Of a stretch of 64,000 nucleotides of DNA, positions 36,121 to 47,554 are shown piece by piece. The position numbers and the translations under genes are program-made. Each line of letters starts with the position of its first letter. Positions within the stretch are counted from its first letter, which is position 1. The DNA lies in assembly GCA_950097015.1 (NCBI GenBank), contig CATNEN010000038.1:14446001-14510000 (forward strand). The letters are read 5' to 3'. The notes beneath the pieces were generated by a model that saw only the letters and a list, made by a program, of their open reading frames with translations, had not been told where the DNA came from and did no database searches. The DNA is from Macrostomum hystrix (Eukaryota; Animalia; Platyhelminthes).

Positions 36121-38117
36121 ATGTCTACCTTGTGCTGCCGATCAGCTTACATTCGAGGGTACAATTGTTATTACTGCAAGTGAGTTCACCAACACAACTA
36201 TAATATTTGTAAGTTGAGCACACTGATTACACTGTAGAATTATCCACGAAAGTTTGCCAATCTTACAGCCGCCTGCACGCGTATGTCAACTGGAAAAATG
36301 CACTTGTGCCACTAATAGACCAAGCTAGGGTCTGCTGCCACGTACACCACTGGAACATGCTCCAGGACGATTGCTGCATCTGGCAGAGCTGTGCTGTCTG
36401 CAAAAAATACCATTCGTAAGTGGCTTGGGAGAGGGTCAGTGGCAGCGGTCTAACGCGTCTGCCTTTCGCACTAAGGTCCCCTGAGCTCGATTCCACGGCG
36501 AGGCCGAAGTCATTTGGGGCGCAGTCGCGGAGAGGAGGCTTGGGGGTTGTCATGCAATTGACGCCCTTGAAGAGGGCCAACCCTGACGATGAGAAAGTCA
36601 GGGCAGATGTACACACCTGTTTGATTGTGTGCCTGCGTACAGTATGTGCGTGCGCGTGTGCTCAGGAGTCAGCGAAATGGGCAGCATTGCTTCCTCGCTG
36701 GCTGCGGGTCTAGTGTCACCAAATGATGTGCCATTGGCCGCAGCCCTCCTTAAATTAATAATATTCTTCTTATTATTCGTCCTCTTACCTAGTTCTCACC
36801 TCAATCTGTCGTCCTCTTACCTAGTTCTCACCTCAATCTGTCGTCCTCTTACCTAGTTCTCACCTCAATCTGTCGTCCTCTTACCTAGTTCTCACCTCAA
36901 TCTGTCGTCCTCTTATCTAGTTCTCACCTCAATCTGTCGTCCTCTTACCTAGTTCTCACCTCAATCTGTCGTCCTCTTACCTAGTTCTCACCTCAATCTG
37001 TCGTCCTCTTACCTAGTTCTCACCTCAATCTGTCGTCCTCTTACCTAGTTCTCACCTCAATCTGTCGTCCTCTTACCTAGTTCTCACCTCAATCTGTCGT
37101 CCTCTTACCTAGTTCTCACCTCAATCTGTCGCCCTCTTACCTAGTTCTCACCTCAATCTGTCGTCCTCTTACCTAGTTCTCACCTCAATCTGTCGTCCTC
37201 TTACCTAGTTCTCACCTCAATCTGTCGCCCTCTTACCTAGTTCTCACCTCAATCTGTCGCCCTCTTACCTAGTTCTCACCTCAATCTGTCGTCCTCTTAC
37301 CTAGTTCTCACCTCAATCTGTCGTCCTCTTACCTAGTTCTCACCTCAATCTGTCGTCCTCTTACCTAGTTCTCACCTCAATCTGTCGTCCTCTTACCTAG
37401 TTCTCACCTCAATCTGTCGCCCTCTTACCTAGTTCTCACCTCAATCTGTCGCCCTCTTACCTAGTTCTCACCTCAATCTGTCGTCCTCTTACCTAGTTCT
37501 CACCTCAATCTGTCGCCCTCTTACCTAGTTCTCACCTCAATCTGTCGTCCTCTTACCTAGTTCTCACCTCAATCTGTCGTCCTCTTACCTAGTTCTCACC
37601 TCAATCTGTCGTCCTCTTACCTAGTTCTCACCTCAATCTGTCGCCCTCTTACCTAGTTCTCACCTCAATCTGTCGTCCTCTTACCTCGTTCTCACCTCAA
37701 TCTGTCGTCCTCTTACCTAGTTCTTACCTCAATCTGTCGTCCTCTTACCTAGTTCTCACCTCAATCTGTCGTCCTCTTACCTAGTTCTCACCTCAATCTG
37801 TCGTCCTCTTACCTAGTTCTCACCTCAATCTGTCGTCCTCTTACCTAGTTCTCACCTCAATCTGTCGTCCTCTTACCTAGTTCTCACCTCAATCTGTCGT
37901 CCTCTTACCTAGTTCTCACCTCAATCTGTCGTCCTCTTACCTAGTTCTCACCTCAATCTGTCGTCCTCTTACCTAGTTCTCACCTCAATCTGTCGTCCTC
38001 TTGTCTACGTACAGGTGTGAATAAAATTTTCCTTTCAGCTTCTTCTATCCGAATGAAGTCAGGAGACCTGCACCGAAGTGCTGCTGCAAGCATTATTACT
38101 CGTACAAAGCCCAATAG
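36121..38117 (+). CDS. Cys/His-rich small protein, paralogue K (94 aa); exons 36121-36179, 36269-36415, 38039-38117: MSTLCCRSAYIRGYNCYYCNRLHAYVNWKNALVPLIDQARVCCHVHHWNMLQDDCCIWQSCAVCKKYHSFFYPNEVRRPAPKCCCKHYYSYKAQ
   Basis: Donors aa|gtgagt and tc|gtaagt, acceptors TTACAG and TTTCAG, phase 2, continuous frame. Confidence 0.9.
36432..36775 (+). mobile_element. SINE family A in intron 2 of paralogue K
   Basis: tRNA-like head, shared body, AT-rich tail. Confidence 0.85.
36778..38003. repeat. 32-bp minisatellite (cctagttctcacctcaatctgtcgtcctctta) in intron 2 of paralogue K
   Basis: Direct tandem repeats. Confidence 0.97.
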
Positions 38118-38414
38118 ACGTCGCAACTGATCAAACTTTATAAAAATTCACTTTTGATTGCTTCAGACTGACATGCATGCTTACTGTTTTTACATGTACA
38201 CCAAATAAAGGTTTTTTGTCTTTTGCAACTTTTGCCATATCGAATAAATATACAGATTTCAGAAACATTCATCAGCTAATGAAGTGAAATTATTTTTCAT
38301 ATTATATATTAGATACTGGTCTCGTGTTTGCTACTTTGGAGTCGGGTAGATGTGTCTGATGTTCTGATGTCTGATAGATGTGTCTGATGTTTTGATGTCT
38401 GATAGATGTGTCTA

Positions 38415-38626
38415 GGGGGTCGGTGGCAGAGCGGTTAACGCGTTTGCCTCTCGCACCACGGTCCCTAAGTTCGATTCCACGGCGGGGCCACAATTATTTG
38501 GGGCGCAGCCGCGGAGAGAAGGCTTGGGGGCTTGTCGTGCAATTTACGCCCTTGAGGGCCAATCTCCAAGGCACAGTGAAGTGTACACTGCCTGACGATG
38601 AGAAAGTCAGGGCAGATGTACACACC
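38415..38626 (+). mobile_element. SINE family A, 3'-truncated copy running into a minisatellite
   Basis: gggggtcggtggcagagcggttaacgcg...gcagatgtacacacc. Confidence 0.85.
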
Positions 38627-39130
38627 CTACTTTTCAATCCTCTCAACCTACTTTTCCATCCTCTCACCCTACTTTTCCATCCTCTCACCCTACTTTTCCA
38701 TCCTCTCACCCAGCTTTTCCATCCTCTCTCCCAGCTTTTCCATCCTCTCACCCTACTTTTCCATCCTATCAACCTACTTTTCCATCCTCTCTCCCAGCTT
38801 TTCCATCCTCTCTCCCTACTTTTCCATCCTATCAACCTACTTTTCCATCCTCTCTCCCAGCTTTTCCATCCTCTCTCCCTACTTTTCCATCCTATCAACC
38901 TACTTTTCCATCCTCTCTCCCAGCTTTTCCATCCTCTCTCCCTACTTTTCCATCCTATCAACCTACTTTTCCATCCTCTCTCCCAGCTTTTCCATCCTCT
39001 CTCCCTACTTTTCCATCCTCTCTCCCTACTTTTCCATCCTCTCTCCCAGCTTTTCCATCCTCTCACCCTACTTTTCCATCCTCTCACCCGGCTTTTCCAT
39101 CCTCTCACCCTACTTTTCCATCCTCTCATC
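38625..39130. repeat. 21-bp pyrimidine-rich minisatellite (cctacttttccatcctctcac)
   Basis: Direct tandem repeats. Confidence 0.95.
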
Positions 39131-39765
39131 CTGATTGCATTCCTGTCACTCTTCTGAGGATAGTTTTCTGATCTCAACAATCGAATGATAAGCACCATTC
39201 AATGCAGTAAATACCGAATCTAAATTCATAGATGATTTAGATAAATATGCATAGTAGTTAGTTTAGATAAAATATGCATATTTAGTAATATGCATATTAT
39301 TACTTAAGTAAGCGGTTTTATTTACCTCTTTTAATAAGCAACAAAATTCAATAAAAGTACAGAACTGACAAGATATTTTGTAAGATCTAAACTTATTTTC
39401 TTGCGGTTCTTACACTCACGAAACACCAGGTAATAGCGAAGTTTCTATTTATAAATCTAAGTTTTCGGTTTTAATTTGTACAATTCTAAACAACAGCTGA
39501 GCGCAGAGGTTAATGGGGGTTGGTCAGAAAGCTATTTTTAGAAACCGGGGAATCCAGCCACATCATTTGGAGCGCTTGAAATGTAACTGTGCTCAAATAG
39601 TTTCTTGCCTATTCTATACTCAAACATCATTATCATCGTCATGATGAAGGTTCTACCTGATAGATATTCGGCTATAAAAGTTGATGGGCATCTAAATGCG
39701 GTGGACAATCAAACAAAGGTAAAGCATCGTTGTTCTTCAATAGTTACATTTTGGTAAGAAAAATA

Positions 39766-41481
39766 ATGGACTGCCCCGTTCAATGCTGCGCTAGACTGAA
39801 AACATGTTTTTGGTGTCAGTAAGTGCCAAGCGTATATATATTAATATTATTATTCAATATCAATTGATAATCCGCATTGAGGTGGATAAAGCCGAGAGTG
39901 ATACTCTGCAGTGAGATGGATAAAGCAGAGATTGATAATCTGCAGTGGTATAGATTATGAGAGATTGAGCTTGAGGGATTGAGATCTCGTGGTGAGGCGG
40001 GATTAAGGTAACTAATAACGGAAATCAAAACCTTAAAAATTACTAAAAACTGAGCGGTTAAGCCCTGAAAATTTTGCATTATCTTTTACGCTCGATTTAA
40101 TTATATTTCCGTATGACTCTACTGTCAGTAGAAACGCCAGAGGACTAAATTTAAAAGTAAAAAACACGCTTGCAGAATGTCTATCGCGTACGCTGACTGG
40201 AAAGGCGGCGAAAGGTCGCCCTGCTGCTGCGTCCACGCCGGCAGCGACAGGGATTCTTGCTGCGAGCAAAGCAGCTGCGACAAGTGCCAGAGCCTGGGAA
40301 TGTAAGAGTTACCGCTTTTGCGACTTGGCTGTGCGGACTTCTCCTCAATCTCTTGCTGTCACTGTCAATCACTCAGTCTCTCTGTTATTTTCTATCTCTT
40401 ATTGTCTGCCTTACTGTCTACCTCTCACTGTCTATCTCTCACTGTCTACCTCTCACTGTCTATCTCTCACTGTCTATCTCTCACTGTCTATCTCTCACAG
40501 CTTATCTGTCAATGTTTATCTCTCACTGTCTATATCTTACTGTCTATCTCTCACTGTCTATCTGTCACTGTCTATCTCTCACAGTCTATCTCTCACTGTC
40601 TATATCTTACTGTCTATCTCTCACTGTCTATCTCTCACTGTCTATCTGTCACTGTCTATCTGTCACTGTTTATCTGCCACTGTCTATCTGCCACTGTCTA
40701 TCTCTCACTGTCTATCTCTCACTGTCTATCTCTCACTGTCTATCTGCCACTGTCTATCTCTCACTGTCTATCTGCCACTGTCTATCTCTCACTGTCTATC
40801 TCTCACTGTCTATCTCTCACTGTCTATCTCTCACTGTCTATCTCTCACTGTCTATCTCTCACTGTCTATCTCTTACTGTCTATCTCTCACTGTCTATCTC
40901 TCACTGTCTATCTCTTACTGTCTATCTGTCACTGTCTATCTCTCACTGTCCATATCTTACTGTCTATCTCTCACTATCTATCTGTTACTGCCTATCTCTC
41001 ACTGCCTATCTCTCACTGTCTATCTCTCACTGTCTATCTCTCACTGTCTATCTGTCGATGTATATCGCTCATTGCATATCATGATAATATTAAATGCCGG
41101 AGGACAGCGGGCAATGGCACATCATTTGGTGACAGTAGATCAGCAGCCCGCAAGTAGGCGATTCTGCCCATTTAGCTGACTCCTGAGCACACACACACAC
41201 ACACACACACACCCACACTCACACAGAGATACCGTGTGTGTACCGCAGACACACACTCACACGCATTAGACAGCTCTGCCACTGACATTATAATGCACAA
41301 ATCATATTTCTCACAAGTTAATGCATAAATTTATGATTCTTAATAATATCAACTCAAAATACTTTACCCTCTCGCCTATTCTCGCAGTCTGTGGACAAGT
41401 CAGCGTGTCCCCAGACAGGATTTTCCAGACTGCTGCTGCAAGCATTACTATTGTGCCTACATCTTTGAAGCGAAGAAATAA
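39766..41481 (+). CDS. Cys/His-rich small protein, paralogue L (90 aa); exons 39766-39818, 40176-40301, 41388-41481: MDCPVQCCARLKTCFWCQMSIAYADWKGGERSPCCCVHAGSDRDSCCEQSSCDKCQSLGILWTSQRVPRQDFPDCCCKHYYCAYIFEAKK
   Basis: Donors ca|gtaagt and at|gtaaga, acceptors TTGCAG and TCGCAG, phase 2, continuous frame. AATAAA near 41500. Confidence 0.88.
40410..41055. repeat. 14-bp minisatellite (tctctcactgtcta) in intron 2 of paralogue L
   Basis: Direct tandem repeats. Confidence 0.95.
41083..41286 (-). mobile_element. SINE family A, inverted, internally deleted and degenerate
   Basis: gcgggcaatggcacatcatttggtgaca...gctgactcctgagcacacac...gctctgccactgac is the reverse complement of the SINE tail and head. 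Confidence 0.7.
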
Positions 41482-41703
41482 CTCAAATGCTTTGAGTAAA
41501 ATAAAAGTTTTTTCTCTCCATTATTTGTTTCAACCACAGAAACATTTGCTACAACTTTCAAGAACATTATGTATTGATGTACATTTGTAAATTGTAAATA
41601 CTCGCATGAGTATTTATGAGCAGCATATTTTTTTCATAGAGGCAGACTTAACATTTATAATTAAATGATTGGTTGTAAAATCTCGCCTTACATTATAGTA
41701 TAG

Positions 41704-43830
41704 AGATAATCTTTGAGCTCTAAACCTCACCTTTGATTAGATAATCTTTGAGCCCCGAACCTCACCTTTGATTAGATAATCTTTGAGCCCCGAACCTCAC
41801 CTTTGATTAGATAATCTTTGAGCCCCGAACCTCACCTTTGATTAGATAGTCTTTGAGCCCCGAACCTCACCTTTGATTAGATAATCTTTGAGCCCCGAAC
41901 CTCACCTTTGATTAGATAATCTTTGAGCCCTGAATCTCACCTTTGATTAGATAATCTTTGAGCCCTGAATCTCACCTTTGATTAGATAGTCTTTGAGCCC
42001 CGAATCTCACCTTTGATTAGATAATCTTTGAGCCCCGAATCTCACCTTTGATTAGATAATCTTTGAGCCCTGAATCTCACCTTTGATTAGATAATCTTTG
42101 AGCCCTGAATCTCACCTTTGATTAGATAGTCTTTGAGCCCCGAATCTCACCTTTGATTAGATAATCTTTGAGCTCTGAACCTCACCTTTGATTAGATAAT
42201 CTTTGAGCCCCGAATCTCACCTTTGATTAGATAATCTTTGAGCCCCGAATCTCACCTTTGATTAGATAATCTTTGAGGCCTGAATCTCACCTTTGATTAG
42301 ATAATCTTTGAGCCCCGAATCTCACCTTTGATTAGATAATCTTTGAGCCCTGAATCTCACCTTTGATTAGATAGTCTTTGAGCCCCGAATCTCACCTTTG
42401 ATTAGATAATCTTTGAGCCCTGAATCTCACCTTTGATTAGATAATCTTTGAGCCCCGAATCTCACCTTTGATTAGATAATCTTTGAGGCCTGAATCTCAC
42501 CTTTGATTAGATAATCTTTGAGGCCTGAATCTCACCTTTGATTAGATAATCTTTGAGCCCCGAATCTCACATTTGATTAGATAATCTTTGAGCCCCGAAT
42601 CTCACATTTGATTAGATAATCTTTGAGCCCCGAATCTCACCTTTGATTAGATAATCTTTGAGCCCTGAATCTCACCTTTGATTAGATAATCTTTGAGGCC
42701 TGAATCTCACCTTTGATTAGATAATCTTTGAGCCCTGAATCTCACCTTTGATTAGATAATCTTTGAGCCCTGAATCTCACCTTTGATTAGATAATCTTTG
42801 AGCCCCGAATCTCACCTTTGATTAGATAATCTTTGAGCCCCGAATCTCACATTTGATTAGATAATCTTTGAGCCCTGAATCTCACCTTTGATTAGATAAT
42901 CTTTGAGCCCCGAATCTCACATTTGATTAGATAATCTTTGAGCCCCGAATCTCACATTTGATTAGATAATCTTTGAGCCCCGAATCTCACATTTGATTAG
43001 ATAATCTTTGAGCCCTGAATCTCACCTTTGATTAGATAATCTTTGAGGCCTGAATCTCACCTTTGATTAGATAATCTTTGAGGCCTGAATCTCACCTTTG
43101 ATTAGATAATCTTTGAGCCCTGAATCTCACATTTGATTAGATAATCTTTGAGCCCTGAATCTCACATTTGATTAGATAATCTTTGAGCCCCGAATCTCAC
43201 CTTTGATTAGATAATCTTTGAGGCCTGAATCTCACCTTTGATTAGATAATCTTTGAGGCCTGAATCTCACCTTTGATTAGATAATCTTTGAGCCCCGAAT
43301 CTCACCTTTGATTAGATAATCTTTGAGCCCTGAATCTCACCTTTGATTAGATAATCTTTGAGGCCTGAATCTCACCTTTGATTAGATAATCTTTGAGCCC
43401 TGAATCTCACATTTGATTAGATAATCTTTGAGCCCTGAATCTCACATTTGATTAGATAATCTTTGAGCCCCGAATCTCACCTTTGATTAGATAATCTTTG
43501 AGGCCTGAATCTCACATTTGATTAGATAATCTTTGAGCCCCGAATCTCACATTTGATTAGATAATCTTTGAGGCCTGAATCTCACATTTGATTAGATAAT
43601 CTTTGAGCCCCGAATCTCACATTTGATTAGATAATCTTTGAGCCCTGAATCTCACATTTGATTAGATAATCTTTGAGCCCTGAATCTCACCTTTGATTAG
43701 ATAATCTTTGAGCCCCGAATCTCACCTCTGATTAGATAATCTTTGAGCCCCGAATCTCACCTTTGATTAGATAATCTTTGAGCCCCGAATCTCACCTTTG
43801 ATTAGATAATCTTTGAGCCCCGAGTCTCAT
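41704..43830. repeat. 35-bp minisatellite (ataatctttgagccccgaatctcacctttgattag)
   Basis: Direct tandem repeats over ~2.1 kb. Confidence 0.97.
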
Positions 43831-45354
43831 GGTTAATTAGATAAATTATGAATTCTGTAACTCACCTTCGTAACAGAATCTTTGAACCCTGAATGTCACC
43901 CTAAAATCATCAAAGCAGTTTTTTCAAAGAAAACTGGCTGTTCAATTGGTAAAGACAGTTTACTGCCTGTCAGCGGCAGCGAGTGTGTTTAGCTGTCGAT
44001 ATCATCATCAGCTTCAGCGGGGCTGACATCGCGCCGAAGCCCTGACTAGCCCTGTCTGTTTCAGCTGCCACCCCATTGAGCGGTGCGGAGGTGGGTAGAA
44101 GCGGAAGAGGTGGGCTGAGAGCCAGAGCTGGGAGGAAGTAAACTGAGGTACGGGGAGGCCAGCATTAGTTGCAGCTGCAGCAGCAACGTTTTCGCAATAT
44201 TACTGCTCAAATACTCAAACAAACAAGAGCTGTCTGTCTGACTAGCAGTATTTGCAGGATTTCCCCCTCCTCCTCCTCCGCCCAAACGCCTCCAACGACA
44301 GGGTGCGACGGACAGGGAAGGTAGGGAGACAGGCGTGAGTAGGACAGAGGGGAGGAGAAAGGCCGTGACGGCTTTGGCTAGGAGTGCCAGTGTGAGCGCG
44401 CATTCAACAAGCAGCAGCAGCAGCAGCAGCAGCCAGGTCGCCACCCCAATAGGCGCAAAGCCTCTCCCAGGAGACCAGTCTAATTTCTTGCACCCCGACG
44501 CCGCCGCCACCGCCGCCACCGCCGACGCCGCCTCCTCCTCCGCCCGCGGTCAAACTCAGCGAGGCAAGCGCGGATCCCAAACGCACTGGAACATTCACAG
44601 CCAATGGCGCTTAGCTGAACTGGACAAAAGCAGCTTAAAGAATTTTGTTACTATAGCCATACAGGAACAGGAAAAGTGGTTGTTTTTGTCGAAATTGTCT
44701 CTGTGCACGCGCTGACACTCGGGGAGACGAGCTAAATTGTAGAACGAGAGCGTGTGCGAGAAACTCAACTGAACTGAAGAATTCGCATTGCGAAGTCCAT
44801 ATCTGCAGTTCGGAATCAGCATTGATAGTTTATTAAGGTAAGGCGCAGTGTTAATTACTAAACATCATAATTAAAGCGTAAGATGATTTCGACAAAGTGA
44901 TGTTTCGTTTGAAAATTGCGATTGAAAATATCTACTGTCATCTCTCTTAATCTCTGGGATCTTTAGAATCGCTGGGAGTCTTTTGATAAAGTTTGGATTT
45001 TAGGATTCTTAGGATTGTTTGTGACTTCCGGATACGTTGCCAGATCCTTTGGGATTCGAAGAAATTCGGCCCTGAAAGACTGGCAAAATAAAATATCACC
45101 TGTAGGCCGTAATTTGTGATTCTCTTTCGGTGGGGCAGCATCTATCAATGTAGATTGCGATGAGGAAATTGTTATTCTCTTCAAATATTTTATGACCTGA
45201 CCTGGTCGAATTGTTCAATTTTATTTAATTCGTATATAGCTACAAAGCTACAGCACAGCTACAAAGCATTTTTGAATTCAACTATCGATTTAATGAACCT
45301 TAAATGCAGTTTTCGAGAAATTTCGCTGGCCAATCGGAGCTCGTGTTCTTCAGG

Positions 45355-47554
45355 ATGTCTACGTCGCAAGCCGAAGAAGGTCTCACCGAGGAACAGATCG
45401 AGGAATTCCGCGAAGCCTTCTCCTTATTCGACAAGGATGGCGACGGCACCATCACTAACAAGGAGCTGGCAGTGGTGATGCGCGCACTGGGACAGAATCC
45501 CACACCAGAGGAGTTAAAGGTGAGTTTATGAAGCTCTATGCGACTCGTATTAGGGGGGTCGGTGGCAGAGCGGTTAACGCGTTTGCCTCTCGCACCAAGG
45601 TCCCAAGTTCGATTCCACGGCGAGGCCACATTCATTTGGGGCGCAGCCGCGGAGAGAAGGCTTGGGGGCTTGTCGTGCAAATTACGCCCTTTAGGGCCAA
45701 CCTCAAAGGCACAGTGAGAGTGTACACACTGCCTGACGATGAGAAAGTCAGGGCAGATGTACACACCTGTGTGAGCGTATGCCTGCGTACAGTATCTGTG
45801 TGCGTGTGTGCTCAGGAGTCAGCGAAATGGGCAGAATTGCCTCCTCGCTGGCTGCGGGTCTAGTGTCACCAAATGATGTGCCATTGCCCGCAGCCCTCCT
45901 GCAATTATTATTATTATTATCATTATACGACTCTTATTAGCTTGGAAAGTTTTATAGGGCTTAGTTACCATATGGTGGCAGCGGTGGGATGGCTATAAAC
46001 AAATATCAATGATAGAAAAGATATGAGAATATTTTGGAATTCGTTGATCCAAAAAACATGTCCATAACAGATTTTCATAAAATGTTAATTAAACAGCAAA
46101 ATCTAGCTTAATAATTAGATCTAGCAATAATACCTAAAAGTAAGTGAGGCTTGTTAGACTCTAAATAAACAAAGACTATAATCGATTCCGGGCTTCAGCC
46201 TGAGATATCAGGTGTTAAATTGAGCTACTGAATTCATTGCTGCCCAACGCCTAACTTTAAGTCTAATTCCATTAGGTCCATTAGAAGTACTTCTGCTCAA
46301 TTAGCTAGGCAATGCATTCGCAGAGCTAAGCTGGATTACCACACGCTATTAGGTCCAGGTGGCTTCATAGTTTCTGTTTGCAATATCGCTTAGTGCCTTC
46401 TATATGGGACAAATGACTGCACTCGCAATATGGAGTGGAGAACTTTTTTCTGTCAAGTGAGAGAGGATACACACACACGTCCCGCGTGCCCAGCTAGATT
46501 CAAGGTCGGCAGCCGTGTATTACTAATGACAACTCAGCCACACTAGCCGTTGCACAGCCCCAACCCCATCTATCCATCGCTTAGCAATTCCTTCTCTTAG
46601 CAATCAGTCCCATAAACAGTGCAGAAGTCTGCTAAGCTGAGAACAGTTTCAAATTAATAATTAATTAGTAATGCAAATTGACAGAAGGAAGGGGAGGCAG
46701 GGCCGTTTGGATGCGGGAAATGATGTTGAGGAGATGGTTTGAGCGCTTGGTCATGACGTGGGGCAGTTTTGAGTAGGTTCTCTGCAGTCACTATGCAGCG
46801 ACACCAATTATTGGCTGCATCTATTTATCTTTTAATTCAAAGGAGCAGGAAAGACAAAATGCGCTCGCTACAAGCCTCGACTGTGCGGTGTGGATGAATG
46901 TAGATGCATTCCATAGGGGCAGCAAGTGGGAGTTTCAGGTCAAATTTCGAAGATAAGCATTCCGGGTGGATGCATTTTACACGATGAATACAAAAATACT
47001 CAAAGGCCGGAGGATGGGATAACGATGGTCTCAAAAAATGTGAATAGTCTAAACGCAATCGAGTTGAATTAAACAAATTGACACCACAGGAGATGATCCG
47101 GGAGGTCGACCAGGACGGCTCTGGCAGCATCGAGTTCGACGAGTTTCTAGACATGATGAAGAAACAGATGAGCAGCTCCGACTCCGAGGAGGAGGTCCGT
47201 CGAGCTTTTCGCCTATTTGACGCCGATGGCGACGGCTTCCTCAGCGCCGACGAGCTGCGCCAAGTGATGCACAACCTCGGCGAGAGGCTGACTGCCGAGG
47301 AGGTCGAAGCGATGATCGAGGAAGCTGACACAGACAAGGACGGGAAGGTGAGCTACGTTGAGTTCGCCAAAATCATGGGCGTCTGTGTAGGTGGCAGCTC
47401 CGGTGGCTTAGTCAGCAGCGACGCCCAGCCAGGTGGCAGCGGTGGGATTAGCGCCGGTGAGCAGGCGAGCGGATCAGCAGCAGACGCTGCTGCAAGCAAC
47501 ACCGAAGAAAGCAACAGCAAAAACACGAGAAGCAACGAGGGCCCAGCTGTCTAA
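45355..47554 (+). CDS. Calmodulin-like EF-hand protein with a Gly/Ser/Ala-rich C-terminal extension (209 aa); exons 45355-45519, 47090-47554
   Basis: [29 protein letters not shown]...LGQNPT. Four EF-hand loops: [48 protein letters not shown]. Phase-0 intron aag|gtgagt...cacag|gag. Confidence 0.93.
45553..45925 (+). mobile_element. SINE family A, full-length reference copy with a ~17-bp target-site duplication
   Basis: tRNA-like head with A/B boxes (ggtggcagagcgg; gttcgattcc) and (ATT)n tail. Flanks tatgcgactcgtattag / tatacgactcttattag. Confidence 0.92.

Noticed and set aside
38408-41179. ORFs of 178-284 aa (LLFHPL, RGWKS, SLTVYL repeats)
   Set aside because: SINE plus 21-bp and 14-bp minisatellites. 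The same applies to the repeat ORFs at 20763-21600, 23810-24040 and 24668-25026.
10849-41481. Reading the Cys-rich family as secreted toxins/defensins or as classical metallothioneins
   Set aside because: No signal peptides, and CaaX boxes imply the cytosol. Abundant aromatic and His residues and long variable loops differ from classical metallothioneins. A metal-handling role is not excluded.
22308-43830. CRISPR-like appearance of the 28-35-bp repeat arrays
   Set aside because: Units are head-to-tail with no unique spacers, there are no cas genes, and the context is eukaryotic.
44061-44822. Ala/Ser/Gly-rich ORFs upstream of the calmodulin-like gene
   Set aside because: GC-rich trinucleotide-repeat sequence open in several frames; more likely promoter or 5'UTR.
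45553-45630. Possible tRNA genes at SINE heads
   Set aside because: A/B boxes are present but continue into a shared ~300-bp body with an (ATT)n tail and TSD, so these are SINEs.
47485-47500. gctgctgcaagca match to the CCCKH exon motif
   Set aside because: It lies within the calmodulin-like exon read as AAASN, with only two Cys codons, no His and no adjacent acceptor; coincidental.
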